Positions 1-8,981 of a stretch of 64,000 nucleotides of DNA are shown here, one piece after another; within the stretch, counting starts at the first letter, position 1; each line of letters opens with the position of its first letter. Made by a program: the position numbers and the translations under genes. The stretch is from Rariglobus sp. (GTDB lineage: Bacteria > Verrucomicrobiota > Verrucomicrobiia > Opitutales > Opitutaceae). Under the pieces are notes generated by a model that was not told the origin of the DNA, did no database searches, and saw only the letters and a program-made list of their open reading frames with translations. Location of the stretch: positions 1-64,000 of the forward strand of contig DATHXF010000083.1 in NCBI GenBank assembly GCA_035459785.1. The letters run 5' to 3'.

Positions 1-567
1 CAGAAAACGGCGCGCGCGCACGTCGTCGATCAGACGGCCATGTTCGTCCACTACATAGATCACGTTGAGCGTCTCGCGGTCGTAGCCGTTTTCACGGATA
101 AAATCCAACGCCTGCGCCACCGACCACTCCGGCCGCACCGCGATGAAATCGAGTGTCATCATGCGGCCGACGCTCTCGGCCGGATACGCCAGCAGATCCT
201 GCGCGACCTTGCGCTCCTCGGGTGAAAGCAACGACAGCATCTGCATCGCCACATCGAGCGGCAGGCTGTCGATGAACACCGTGCGGTCGTCGGGCGGGAG
301 CGCGTTGAGCAGTTCCGCCGCCTGCTGCTGGCTGAGCATGCGCAGGAGTTTTTTCTGCGCATGGACCGGCAGGTAGCCGAACGTCGCCGCCGCCAGATCG
401 CGGTTGCTGCAACGAAACAATGACGCGAGCGCCTCGACCGGCAGTTCGGCCAGCAGCGGCGCGAGGTCCGCCGGATGCCACGGTTCCAGATACTTTTTGA
501 GCGCGACCAGATCCTTGCGACCGATCAACGAAAGGATCGCGTCTTTTACCTCGGGTTGGGGGGACAT
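1..567 (-). CDS. mgtE: Magnesium transporter MgtE, N-terminal part (gene runs off the window start; 3' end missing)
   Basis: Manual reverse-strand translation from ATG at 565-567 gives MSPQPEVKDAILSLIGRKDLVALKKYLEPWHPADLAPLLAELPVEALASLF...LDFIAVRPEWSVAQALDFIREN, i.e. MgtE_N domain architecture. Not in the ORF track because it runs off the edge. Confidence 0.6.
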   Translation of the reverse strand, partial: MSPQPEVKDAILSLIGRKDLVALKKYLEPWHPADLAPLLAELPVEALASLFRCSNRDLAAATFGYLPVHAQKKLLRMLSQQQAAELLNALPPDDRTVFIDSLPLDVAMQMLSLLSPEERKVAQDLLAYPAESVGRMMTLDFIAVRPEWSVAQALDFIRENGYDRETLNVIYVVDEHGRLIDDVRARRFL

Positions 568-603
568 CGGCAAAAGAGCGCGGCGTTTCGGATCGGTCGG
601 TTA

Positions 604-1890
604 TCAGGATTGCGCGGACTTGCCGGCGATCAGTGCACGAGCGGCGCTTGCGCCGAGTTCGAGCGTTTGCGTCGGGAACGCGAACGACAGGCCGCGCGAC
701 TGCACCGCCCGCATCATCGCGAGATTGATGCGCTGCCGCAGCCGCATGTGTTTTTTAAAATCCGCGTCCTTCGCCACGTAAACCAGCCAGATATCCAGCG
801 ACGACGCACTGTAATCGCGGAAGAACACCTGGACCGAATCCGGCTCGACCTCGTCCTCGGCGAGGATGAGCGCGCGGAAATCTTCCACGATGGCCTCCAG
901 CTTTTCCGCCGACGTGTCATAAGTGAGCCCGATGACCTGTTCGACCCGGCGCTCGGTGAACCGCGCCAGATTGGTCACCGCCTCGGCGGCCACGGTCTTG
1001 TTGGGGATGATGATCAGCGACCGGTCCACCGCGCGCAGCTTGGTGGAGCGCAATCCGATGTCCTCGACGGTGCCGGTGAACGCGCCGATCTTCACCGTCT
1101 CCCCGAGTTTGAACGGCTGGTCGATCGCGACCACGACCGAACCGAAAAGATTCGCGATGGTGTCCTGCGCCGCCAAGGCGAAGGCCAGACCGCCGATGCC
1201 GAGACCGGCAAGAAACGCCTTCACGTCCGCGCCGAGGCTCTGCGCGGTCATCAGCGCGCCGAAGATCACGAACACCACGATCAGCGTCTTCTTGATCCAC
1301 GGCATGAACGCCGCCGCGCTCGACTGTTTGGCCCGGGCGATCTCGGCCAGATGGTCAAGGAACGCGCCGAGCGCGCGGGTCAGCGCCCAGAAGAAGGTCA
1401 GCGAAAACGCCACGGTCATCGAGATCTTCACCACCGCGTCGCTGGACAGCGGCAGCTTGAGCACCTTCAACGCGGCGAACAGGCCGATCAACGCGATGAA
1501 CGTCGCCACTGGCGATTCGAGCGCGGGGAACAGTTTGTCGTCGAACGTCGTCTTGGTGCGAGAGGCGAGCTTCTTCAGGAAACCAAAGATCAGGTGGGTG
1601 ACCACGCGGCGCAGCAGGTAGAAGCCCACCAGCAGCAACGACGCGATGGAGTAGTGCTGCCAGGTGTTGCCCGACGAACGCACGTCAAAGAGCGCGAGAA
1701 TGGAGTCGACGAGCTGCTCCAGAAAATCCGGCACGCGCACGTCGGTGTTTTTGCTGCCGACGATGCCCGCGACCTGCGTGGCCTGATCAGCCGCGGGATT
1801 GGCGGCAGGCGCCGACTCGACCGCCGCCTGGGACCAGGCCGACGAGAGACCAAGAAAGAGAACCCAAACCATGACGCTGACACGTTTCAT
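604..1890 (-). CDS. Mechanosensitive ion channel, MscS family, with signal peptide/periplasmic N-domain
   Basis: 428-aa ORF; three TM helices followed by the MscS beta-domain signature ...GETVKIGAFTGTVEDIGLRSTKLRAVDRSLIIIPNKTV...; N-terminal signal peptide MKRVSVMVWVLFLGLSSAWSQA. Confidence 0.85.
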   Translation of the reverse strand: MKRVSVMVWVLFLGLSSAWSQAAVESAPAANPAADQATQVAGIVGSKNTDVRVPDFLEQLVDSILALFDVRSSGNTWQHYSIASLLLVGFYLLRRVVTHLIFGFLKKLASRTKTTFDDKLFPALESPVATFIALIGLFAALKVLKLPLSSDAVVKISMTVAFSLTFFWALTRALGAFLDHLAEIARAKQSSAAAFMPWIKKTLIVVFVIFGALMTAQSLGADVKAFLAGLGIGGLAFALAAQDTIANLFGSVVVAIDQPFKLGETVKIGAFTGTVEDIGLRSTKLRAVDRSLIIIPNKTVAAEAVTNLARFTERRVEQVIGLTYDTSAEKLEAIVEDFRALILAEDEVEPDSVQVFFRDYSASSLDIWLVYVAKDADFKKHMRLRQRINLAMMRAVQSRGLSFAFPTQTLELGASAARALIAGKSAQS

Positions 1891-1946
1891 AGAGGCGGGG
1901 ATTTTTCCGGACGTCCGCGGACACTGTCAATCCCGCCGCCGCACCT

Positions 1947-2672
1947 TCAGCTCATCGACGCCGACACCTCGGCCACATCCGCCAGATCGCACAAGACCGG
2001 CAAGAGCACCTCGTAGCGGGCGCAACGATCAGCCGTAAACGCCCCCTGCTCCTCATAGCGCACCGCCCCGGCCTCCAGCTTGATCTTTCCGCCCTTCATC
2101 GCGCCGGCCAGTGCTGCATCCAGCTTGACCCGCAACTCGGGCATCAACGCCGCGCGAAAAAAGTCCGGCTGGTTCGTCTGGATAAACCAGCGCGCGTCGA
2201 ACGCCGCGTCACCCACCGTGATCTCCTTGGCGCCAAACAATGCGCGCACCTTCGTAACAAAACCCTGCTTGCATAACGCGAACGTCAGCGAACCCGTCGT
2301 GGCGGGCGCCACGCTCACGGCCGACCAATGTTTCTGCGATTTGCCCGAACCGGTCGTGTAGTTGAAAATTTCGACGCGCTTGCCGCGCACGCCGCCGGTG
2401 ATACGCGCATGCCCCGTCCAGCCTTTCGCCGCGACAAACTCCAGCCCGAGGCGTCCGGCTAGGGCCGCCATGCGTTCATGCGCCTTTCGCCGCGCGCGGA
2501 AACCGCTCCAGACGACCAAAACTACTCCCGCAGCAGAGCATCCAAGAATAAGCCAGGGAATGAAATCGTTATCCATAAGGTGAAACGTGTGATGTAACAT
2601 GCGTCCGCAAAACAAAAATCCGCCCTGAAAACGCGCGCCGTCCGGTTGGACGGCGCGCGGACAGACATCCAC
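1947..2672 (-). CDS. Hypothetical membrane protein (one N-terminal TM helix); start may be the internal ATG at 2598-2600 rather than GTG at 2672
   Basis: ORF 1947..2672; GTG at 2670-2672, ATG (MLHHTFHLMDNDFIPWLILGCSAAGVVLVVW) 24 codons in. 20 bp downstream of the flotillin gene on the same strand. No recognisable family. Confidence 0.4.
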   Translation of the reverse strand: MDVCPRAVQPDGARFQGGFLFCGRMLHHTFHLMDNDFIPWLILGCSAAGVVLVVWSGFRARRKAHERMAALAGRLGLEFVAAKGWTGHARITGGVRGKRVEIFNYTTGSGKSQKHWSAVSVAPATTGSLTFALCKQGFVTKVRALFGAKEITVGDAAFDARWFIQTNQPDFFRAALMPELRVKLDAALAGAMKGGKIKLEAGAVRYEEQGAFTADRCARYEVLLPVLCDLADVAEVSASMS

Positions 2673-2692
2673 TCAATCGGCAACACGCCGGA

Positions 2693-4624
2693 TTACGCCG
2701 CCTTGTCGTGGGTTTTCTCTTTGACGAGCAGCGCCAGCATGGAGTCGAGCAACCCCTGCCCGCCCTGCGAGCCGGTCACCGACACATCCGGCACGATGCG
2801 CACGCCGCGCTCGCCGACCGTCTGCATGAGCTGCATGACGGTGTAGCTTTGCGCGCCGAGCGACTCGACGCCCGCGCGGTAGGCTTCGGCCTTGGCGTTA
2901 CCGGTGGCGCGGATGGCATCGGCTTCACCCACCGCGCGCAGCTTGGTGGACTCGGCCTCACCCGAAGCTTTCTTGATTGCCGACTGCGCGTGCAGTTCGG
3001 CGATGTGCACGCCCTGGTCGGCTCCGACCATCTGCTGCTGGATGTCCGCCAGCGCGGTGGCGCGCACGAGTTCCTGACGCTGGCGCTGCGCGGCCTCCTG
3101 CGTTTCGTAGGTCTTCTTTTCCTCCTCGGCGATTTTACGGTCGGTCTGGGTTTTCATCAGCTCGGCCGGCGGCGTGATGTCGCCGATGAGCGTGTCGATC
3201 GCCTGCACGTCGTAGGCAGCGAGCGCCGTGCGGATGTGCTCGGCCGCCTCGACCTGGCGATCACTGCGCGCGTTGAGGAAATCCAGCACCGTGTGGTGTT
3301 GCGCCGAGTTGCGGAAATAATTGCCGACAATCGGCTGGAGCGCGTGATCGACGAGATTCTGCATAGAGCCGATGCGCGAGATGACCTTGGGGGCGTCGAG
3401 CGCGCCGACGTGGATGATCTGGGAAACATCGAGGTTGAAAGCGAAGCCGTCTTTCGAGCGGACGGTGATCGAGTTGAGCTTCGCGTCGTAGTGGTGCGCC
3501 TCGGTGCGGTTGGCCCAGTTGAGCACGATGTTCGTCGTGGGCACGAGCTCCACGCGCATGATACGGGTGTTTACAGGGTGCTTGCCGGGATTGAGCGGCG
3601 TGACCCACACGCCCTTGTGGCCGACGTTGACGAGATCGCCGTGTTTAAACTCCACGCCGCTCACGTCCTCGTGGGCGAGACCGACGAAGGAAATCACCAC
3701 GCCGACGCTGCCGATGGGAATGCTCAACATCGGCACCTGCTCGACCTGCACGAACCACGGGTTGAGGTTCCACGAACCCGAGAGCAACACCTGCTCTTGC
3801 AGGCCGCGACGGCCGCCGCTCTCAAGGAACGCCTGGGAGTTTTGGAAGTTATCGTGTCCGGCGATCACCTGGCCGGCGATCTCGCCGCCCTCGATGGGAC
3901 GTCCGTCCAGGGCGGTGACGATGCCGACCATGTCAGACTCCACCTGATAGACGCGCATGGCGTCAGGATTCATGCCGTAGTGCTCCGCGTTGTGCGCGGT
4001 CACGACTTGGAACAACGCAGGGTTGATTCGATACGCACCGGCGGTGAGCACGCACAACTGGCGGCCCTTCTCGCCGCCGCCCGTGAGGAACCGGCGCGCG
4101 TCCTGGAAGTTGTCGCACGCGACGACCCGTCCGAGCATGCGCTCGGAGGAAATCGGAGCGCCGGCGGCGGCGACCACGAGGGCGATTTCACTGGGAGGCA
4201 CCACGATCACCGGAGATTTCGCGATGGTGTATTGCCAGAAGCCATACCCGAAATACACGCCGGGCGGCAGGGTGTCGGCCTGGTAGCCGGCCTCGCCATT
4301 GAGCGCGATGATCTCGCCCGCCGGCAGATTGCGGGAGGCGAATTTTTTAATGACTACGCCCACCTGATCCTCGCGGATGATCACCATGCCCATGAGCAAC
4401 GGGGCGATCAACAGGATGAACACGCCGAGTCCGGCCTGTTCCATCCACGTTTCGGCGAGCACGAACGGCGTGACCAGCAAAACCACGGCGCAGGCACCGG
4501 CGACCAGCCGGGCGGTGAACCGCGCCTTGAGGGCGATACCCGCGAGCACAAGGCCCGCGCCGACGAAAAGCAGATGGGCGAGCACGCTCGCGACACCGGA
4601 CGAAGAAACCATCAATGAGTTCAT
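2693..4624 (-). CDS. Flotillin / SPFH (band-7) family protein, YqiK-like
   Basis: ORF 2693..4810 trimmed to ATG at 4622-4624 (MNSLMVSS..., GGAGA-like RBS upstream on the coding strand). N-terminal TM helices, SPFH domain, then flotillin-type Ala/Glu-rich coiled region (...TQTDRKIAEEEKKTYETQEAAQRQRQELVRATALADIQ...) and internal duplicated CDNFQDARRFLTGGG / GHDNFQNSQAFLESGG segments typical of YqiK. Confidence 0.8.
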   Translation of the reverse strand: MNSLMVSSSGVASVLAHLLFVGAGLVLAGIALKARFTARLVAGACAVVLLVTPFVLAETWMEQAGLGVFILLIAPLLMGMVIIREDQVGVVIKKFASRNLPAGEIIALNGEAGYQADTLPPGVYFGYGFWQYTIAKSPVIVVPPSEIALVVAAAGAPISSERMLGRVVACDNFQDARRFLTGGGEKGRQLCVLTAGAYRINPALFQVVTAHNAEHYGMNPDAMRVYQVESDMVGIVTALDGRPIEGGEIAGQVIAGHDNFQNSQAFLESGGRRGLQEQVLLSGSWNLNPWFVQVEQVPMLSIPIGSVGVVISFVGLAHEDVSGVEFKHGDLVNVGHKGVWVTPLNPGKHPVNTRIMRVELVPTTNIVLNWANRTEAHHYDAKLNSITVRSKDGFAFNLDVSQIIHVGALDAPKVISRIGSMQNLVDHALQPIVGNYFRNSAQHHTVLDFLNARSDRQVEAAEHIRTALAAYDVQAIDTLIGDITPPAELMKTQTDRKIAEEEKKTYETQEAAQRQRQELVRATALADIQQQMVGADQGVHIAELHAQSAIKKASGEAESTKLRAVGEADAIRATGNAKAEAYRAGVESLGAQSYTVMQLMQTVGERGVRIVPDVSVTGSQGGQGLLDSMLALLVKEKTHDKAA

Positions 4625-5100
4625 AGACTGTCTCCAAACATGCACCTGCCGCGACGCCGGTCTTCCCGGACGCCGCGAGCAGACGCGGTGAGATGAGGGA
4701 GACCGTGGAGACACCGCACTCGCGGGCCCTAGGGGATCACCCTTCCAATTGCCGACGAGGTTAGCTGACGGGCTTGGTGCTGGAAGGTCACCTTGGCCGT
4801 GGTTGCCCATGGCCGTGCGCCCCGTCCGCAGCGAGAGAGCGCTGCGGAGATTGGGTCCCCCGCGCCGGCACCGAGGAAGCGATGCCGGCTTAGGCTGAGA
4901 TACCGAAAAAGAACGACGCGATTATATCACCGTTTGGACACATCCGATTCGGAGCGATGGAGTCCCGTGCGCCAGAGTGAGATATAAATATTATCGTCCG
5001 ACCGCAGAGCCTGGCGAGCGCCACCCCGGCACCGCCGGGCGAGCAGTGTGTTTGAAAGTTTACCGTTAACTGATCAGGCAGTTGGTCCTTTCTGAGGCGA

Positions 5101-5116
5101 GCGTGTAGCTACACGC
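5101..5116. promoter_or_regulatory. Perfect 16-bp palindrome GCGTGTAGCTACACGC 40 bp upstream of the GH116 start; candidate operator
   Basis: Read directly in sequence at 5101-5116. No loop, so more consistent with a dimeric DNA-binding-protein site than a terminator hairpin. Confidence 0.3.
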
Positions 5117-5155
5117 GCCTCGAAGCCATGTTTGGGCCGATGCACCCCTAATATT

Positions 5156-7597
5156 ATGAAAGTATCTGCGGCGATTTCTGGCACCTATCGCAAAGAGCAC
5201 CTGAACAAGGTTGCCTTCCCACTTGGAGGCATCGGGACCGGCATGGTTTGCATCGAAGGAACGGGCTCTTTCACGTCCGTGTCCCTTCGCCATCAACCGA
5301 ACATTTACAACGAACCGTATCTGTTTGCGGCGCTTGCCATCAAAGGCCGGCCGGACGCCCCCTGTGTTCCCCGCGTGCTGGCCGGACCGGTGCCGGGCGG
5401 GCGGATCATGTTTCCTTGGGGAGAGGGCTTTGACTCGTCCGGGAATGGAGGAACCGGGCGTATCTTCGGGTTGCCCCATTTTGAAGAGGCTCACTTCAGC
5501 GCACGGTTCCCGTTTGCGAAGGTCGGCCTGTCCGACCCGAAAATTCCGCTCCAGGTCGAAATCACGGCGTGGAATCCGTTTATTCCAAACGAAGCGGACA
5601 ACTCCAGTCTGCCGGTCGCCGGCGTGGAATACCGGTTCTCGAACCCCACGGCGGAGCCAATTGAGGCGGTCTTCTCGTTTCACGCGTCCAATTTCATGGC
5701 GACCAGCAAAGCCGATTCGGATGCCCGCGTGACGCGCACGGCGAACGGCTTCGTTTTTGAGCAGCCGGGCCACACGGAGAAGCCTTGGGACGAGGGGCAT
5801 TTCACCGCCTGGATCGACGATGAAGCGGTGGCGGTGAACCCGGCCTGGTTTCGCGGGGGTTGGTATGATGCGATCACCCTGGTTTGGAAATCCATCAAAG
5901 ACGCGGAGTGCATCGACCGACCCGCGGTCGATGGGTCACCGAGTGGCGGCGGCAGCCTCTACCTGCCGGTCAGTCTGGCGCCGGGACAGGAAAAAACGGT
6001 CGTCGTGAAATGGGCGTGGCATGTGCCTATTTCGCACCTACGATGGAATTCACCGGAGGGACTTTACCACCGCCCGTGGTATGCCACGGCGTTTGGCGAC
6101 ATCGGCGCGGTTGAACGTTTCTGGCGGCAAAACTACATCGGCCTGCGGGCAAAATCGCTGGGCTTCAGCGAAGCCTTTTACGATTCCACGCTGCCGCCGG
6201 AGGTGGTGGACGCGGTCGCCGCCAATCTCACCATTTTGAAATCCCCCACCGTCTTGCGCCAGCACGACGGGCGGATATGGGCGTGGGAAGGTTGCCATGA
6301 CACGTGGGGATCGTGCCACGGGAATTGCTCCCACGTGTGGAACTACGCCCAGGCCTTGCCGCATCTTTTCGCGGGTCTGGAGCGCGGGATGCGGGAGACC
6401 GAGTTCGTCGAGTGCCAGAACGACGAAGGGCACCAAAACTTCCGCGCCACCCTGCCGATCACGCAGCGCAAGGAGACGACCTATGACTGGCATGCCGCCG
6501 CCGACGGCCAATTGGGAGGCATCATCAAGGCGTATCGTGACTGGCGGATCAGTGGAGACCTGTCGTGGCTAAAGAAACTGTGGCCCCAGATCCGGCGAAG
6601 CCTGGATTATGGCATCCGCACGTGGGACCCGACTCACCAGGGGCTGCCCTCGGAGCCGCAGCACAACACCTACGACATCGAGTTCTGGGGTGAAAACGGA
6701 ATGTGCGGCAGTGTTTACCTCGGCGCGCTGACCGCCGCCATCGAGATGGGCAAGGCCTTGGGCGAAACCACTCCGCTTTACGCCAAGCTCCTTGCCGCCG
6801 GCCGCGCTCGACTCGAGGAGGGATTATTCAACGGCGAATACTTCTACCAAAAAATCCGCTGGACCGGTCTGCAAGCCAAGGACCCGACCCTGTCGAACGG
6901 CCTGTGCAACAACACCGGCTACTCGCCCGAGGCACTGGCGCTGCTCGAAGCCGAGGGACCGAAATACCAATACGGCGAAGGTTGTCTGTCGGACGGCGTC
7001 ATTGGCGCGTGGTTCGGCTGGGCGGCGGGGCTTCCGCCCTTCATGGACGACGGAAAAACGGGCCGGCATTTGGATTCAGTTTTCAACTACAACTTTAAGG
7101 TGGACCTCTCCGAGCATGCCAACCCGCAGCGTTGCAGTTATGCACTGGGACATGAGGCGGGACTGCTTCTCTGCACGTGGCCGCGCGGCAACCGCCTGTC
7201 GCTGCCGCTACCCTACTCGGAGGAAGCCTGGACAGGCATCGAATACCAGGTGGCGTCGCACCTCATCGCGCTGGGGCGCGTGGAAGAAGGTCTGCGGATC
7301 GTGCGGGCGGTGCGTGCGCGCTACGACGGACGCGTGCGCAATCCTTTCAACGAATACGAGTGCGGCCATTGGTATGCGCGCGCGATGGCGTCCTACGCGC
7401 TGCTCCAGGCGTTGACCGGCGCCCGGTATGACGCAGTGGAGAAAACGCTGTATCTCGATCCGCGCATCGATGGGGATTTTCGCAGCTTCCTCTGCACGGC
7501 GACGGGTTTTGGCACCGTCAGCGTAAAGGATGGACGTCCCTTCATCGAAACGAAGTCGGGCCAGATCGACGTCCGGAAGATTGAGTTTCGCCGGTGA
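5156..7597 (+). CDS. Glycoside hydrolase family 116 (beta-glucosidase / non-lysosomal glucosylceramidase-like)
   Basis: ORF 5132..7597 (TTG) trimmed to ATG 5156. N-terminal PLGGIGTGMVCIEGTG motif characteristic of GH116 N-domain; about 810 aa with (alpha/alpha)6 catalytic-domain-sized C-terminus. No signal peptide. Confidence 0.8.
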   Translation: MKVSAAISGTYRKEHLNKVAFPLGGIGTGMVCIEGTGSFTSVSLRHQPNIYNEPYLFAALAIKGRPDAPCVPRVLAGPVPGGRIMFPWGEGFDSSGNGGTGRIFGLPHFEEAHFSARFPFAKVGLSDPKIPLQVEITAWNPFIPNEADNSSLPVAGVEYRFSNPTAEPIEAVFSFHASNFMATSKADSDARVTRTANGFVFEQPGHTEKPWDEGHFTAWIDDEAVAVNPAWFRGGWYDAITLVWKSIKDAECIDRPAVDGSPSGGGSLYLPVSLAPGQEKTVVVKWAWHVPISHLRWNSPEGLYHRPWYATAFGDIGAVERFWRQNYIGLRAKSLGFSEAFYDSTLPPEVVDAVAANLTILKSPTVLRQHDGRIWAWEGCHDTWGSCHGNCSHVWNYAQALPHLFAGLERGMRETEFVECQNDEGHQNFRATLPITQRKETTYDWHAAADGQLGGIIKAYRDWRISGDLSWLKKLWPQIRRSLDYGIRTWDPTHQGLPSEPQHNTYDIEFWGENGMCGSVYLGALTAAIEMGKALGETTPLYAKLLAAGRARLEEGLFNGEYFYQKIRWTGLQAKDPTLSNGLCNNTGYSPEALALLEAEGPKYQYGEGCLSDGVIGAWFGWAAGLPPFMDDGKTGRHLDSVFNYNFKVDLSEHANPQRCSYALGHEAGLLLCTWPRGNRLSLPLPYSEEAWTGIEYQVASHLIALGRVEEGLRIVRAVRARYDGRVRNPFNEYECGHWYARAMASYALLQALTGARYDAVEKTLYLDPRIDGDFRSFLCTATGFGTVSVKDGRPFIETKSGQIDVRKIEFRR

Positions 7598-7637
7598 TTT
7601 CCTCCCTGCCGCCAGGTCGGGGCGACGCACGGGGGAA

Positions 7638-8960
7638 TCAGAATATAAACGTGTTGAGCGATTGGGCGGACACCTCCAGCCGGTGTGGCAGACCGTCGAT
7701 CCCGACCTCCACCCTCACCGGCGTGTTACAACGATTGGCCATGATGAGCACGCGGGAGCCGTCCGTGTTTAGAAACAACAGGGACAAGGCGGCTTGATCT
7801 CCACGCAGCGGAAGATGGCGGGCCCCCGGACGCACAAAATGCGCGAGGTGCTTCATCACATAGAACTCGGGATTGTAAGTCACCGCACCCGTCGAACTCT
7901 CCACGGTGATCATGGCGTTCTGTTTCCAACCCCAGGTGCTTTCGCCCCCGGGGGCCAGAATCATGTTCCAATAAACATAGGCGGAACAGCCGCCGTTAAA
8001 GTGGTGCCACATGAGATCGAACACATAGAACGCATACGGCCAGGAGTTGAGCCCGTTGCCGCATTCGTTCTCGGTTTGAATCAGCGGGACGTCCGGCCAG
8101 TTGGCCCGGGTCTGCGCCAGAGCGCCCTTGCCGTTCCACTGGTAGCCGACGCCCTTCACATGGCGGCGGGCGTCGGGATCCGACAGAATCGTGTGGGCCC
8201 AGTTATGGTAGCAGTCTCCCTCCAGACTCTCCGGTTGCCAGCCCAGGAGCGCCCCGCGTTCAATGGTGCCGGCCCAGATCTCGCAGGTTTCGCCCGCCGC
8301 CTCGAAACGCGGTCCCAGGTGGTCGCGAATAAAATCACGCATGGTGGCGCCAGTCCATAGACAGGAGGGAAACTTCTGGTCGGAGTTGGGCTCGTTCTGC
8401 ACGTGCAACTGGGCGATCTCCACGCCTTCGGCCCGGTAGGCCCGCACAAATCTCAACAGATAATCGGCGTAAGTCGCGTAAACCCGGGACTCCGCCCGAA
8501 TCCGGCTGCCGTTGTAGCGATCATGCTCCTTCAGCCACGCCGGAGGACTCCAAGGCGATGCGAAGAAAGCCAGCCCGGGCCGGACTTCCTGCGCCGCGCG
8601 AATGTAAGGCAGCAGCCAGGAGCGGTCGCGTTCGATGGAAAAATGCTCCAGCGCGTAATCACCGGGGGTGTCGGCGTGGCTATACCAACCGAGCGCGTAA
8701 TCGCTGGCCCCGATGGGCAGCCGGCAAAAGTTGAAGGCGCATCCCTCGTCCCCGAACAGCGCGGCCAGCACTTCCTGCCTGTGCGCATGATCCAGCGACA
8801 AAAGTTCGCGGGCGCCGAGTTCGTTGAAACACCCGCCAAAGCCCAGAAGCGCGGGCCCGGCGGAGCCCTCGACATGCAACGCGTTGACTCCCGTGCCCGT
8901 GGCGGTTGCCGGAGAGGTTTCACGCCAAGCAGCGTGAGGAGTGGTGGTGAAGCATTTCAT
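7638..8960 (-). CDS. Glycoside hydrolase family 30 (glucosylceramidase / beta-glucosidase-like)
   Basis: 440 aa; GFGGCFNELG, FFASPWSPPAWLK, HVQNEPN, IQTENECG motifs typical of GH30. Convergent with the GH116 gene (40-bp gap). Confidence 0.8.
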   Translation of the reverse strand: MKCFTTTPHAAWRETSPATATGTGVNALHVEGSAGPALLGFGGCFNELGARELLSLDHAHRQEVLAALFGDEGCAFNFCRLPIGASDYALGWYSHADTPGDYALEHFSIERDRSWLLPYIRAAQEVRPGLAFFASPWSPPAWLKEHDRYNGSRIRAESRVYATYADYLLRFVRAYRAEGVEIAQLHVQNEPNSDQKFPSCLWTGATMRDFIRDHLGPRFEAAGETCEIWAGTIERGALLGWQPESLEGDCYHNWAHTILSDPDARRHVKGVGYQWNGKGALAQTRANWPDVPLIQTENECGNGLNSWPYAFYVFDLMWHHFNGGCSAYVYWNMILAPGGESTWGWKQNAMITVESSTGAVTYNPEFYVMKHLAHFVRPGARHLPLRGDQAALSLLFLNTDGSRVLIMANRCNTPVRVEVGIDGLPHRLEVSAQSLNTFIF

Positions 8961-8981
8961 AGGAGTCGGAGTTTGCTACCC

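Noticed and set aside
475-2016. 513-aa ORF on the plus strand
   Set aside because: Lies antisense to the well-supported MscS gene. Arg/Gly/Asp/His-rich low-complexity translation typical of spurious antisense ORFs in high-GC DNA.
2708-4618. 636-aa ORF antisense to the flotillin gene
   Set aside because: Same antisense artefact: no domain-like features, extreme Arg/Gly/His/Asp composition.
2693-4810. 62-codon N-terminal extension of the flotillin ORF, and the 5132 TTG extension of GH116
   Set aside because: The extensions are Pro/Ser/Arg-rich with no function. An internal ATG followed immediately by TM/signal sequence and preceded by a purine-rich RBS is a better start. Not evidence of pseudogenisation.
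4793-4987. 64-aa ORF in the 530-bp flotillin/GH116 intergenic region
   Set aside because: Arg-rich, no start context, lies in a likely promoter region; probably not coding.
7598-7637. Possible hairpin between convergent GH116 and GH30 genes
   Set aside because: Only short imperfect complementarity (ccctgccg...cgggg) and no T-tract; not convincing as a bidirectional terminator.
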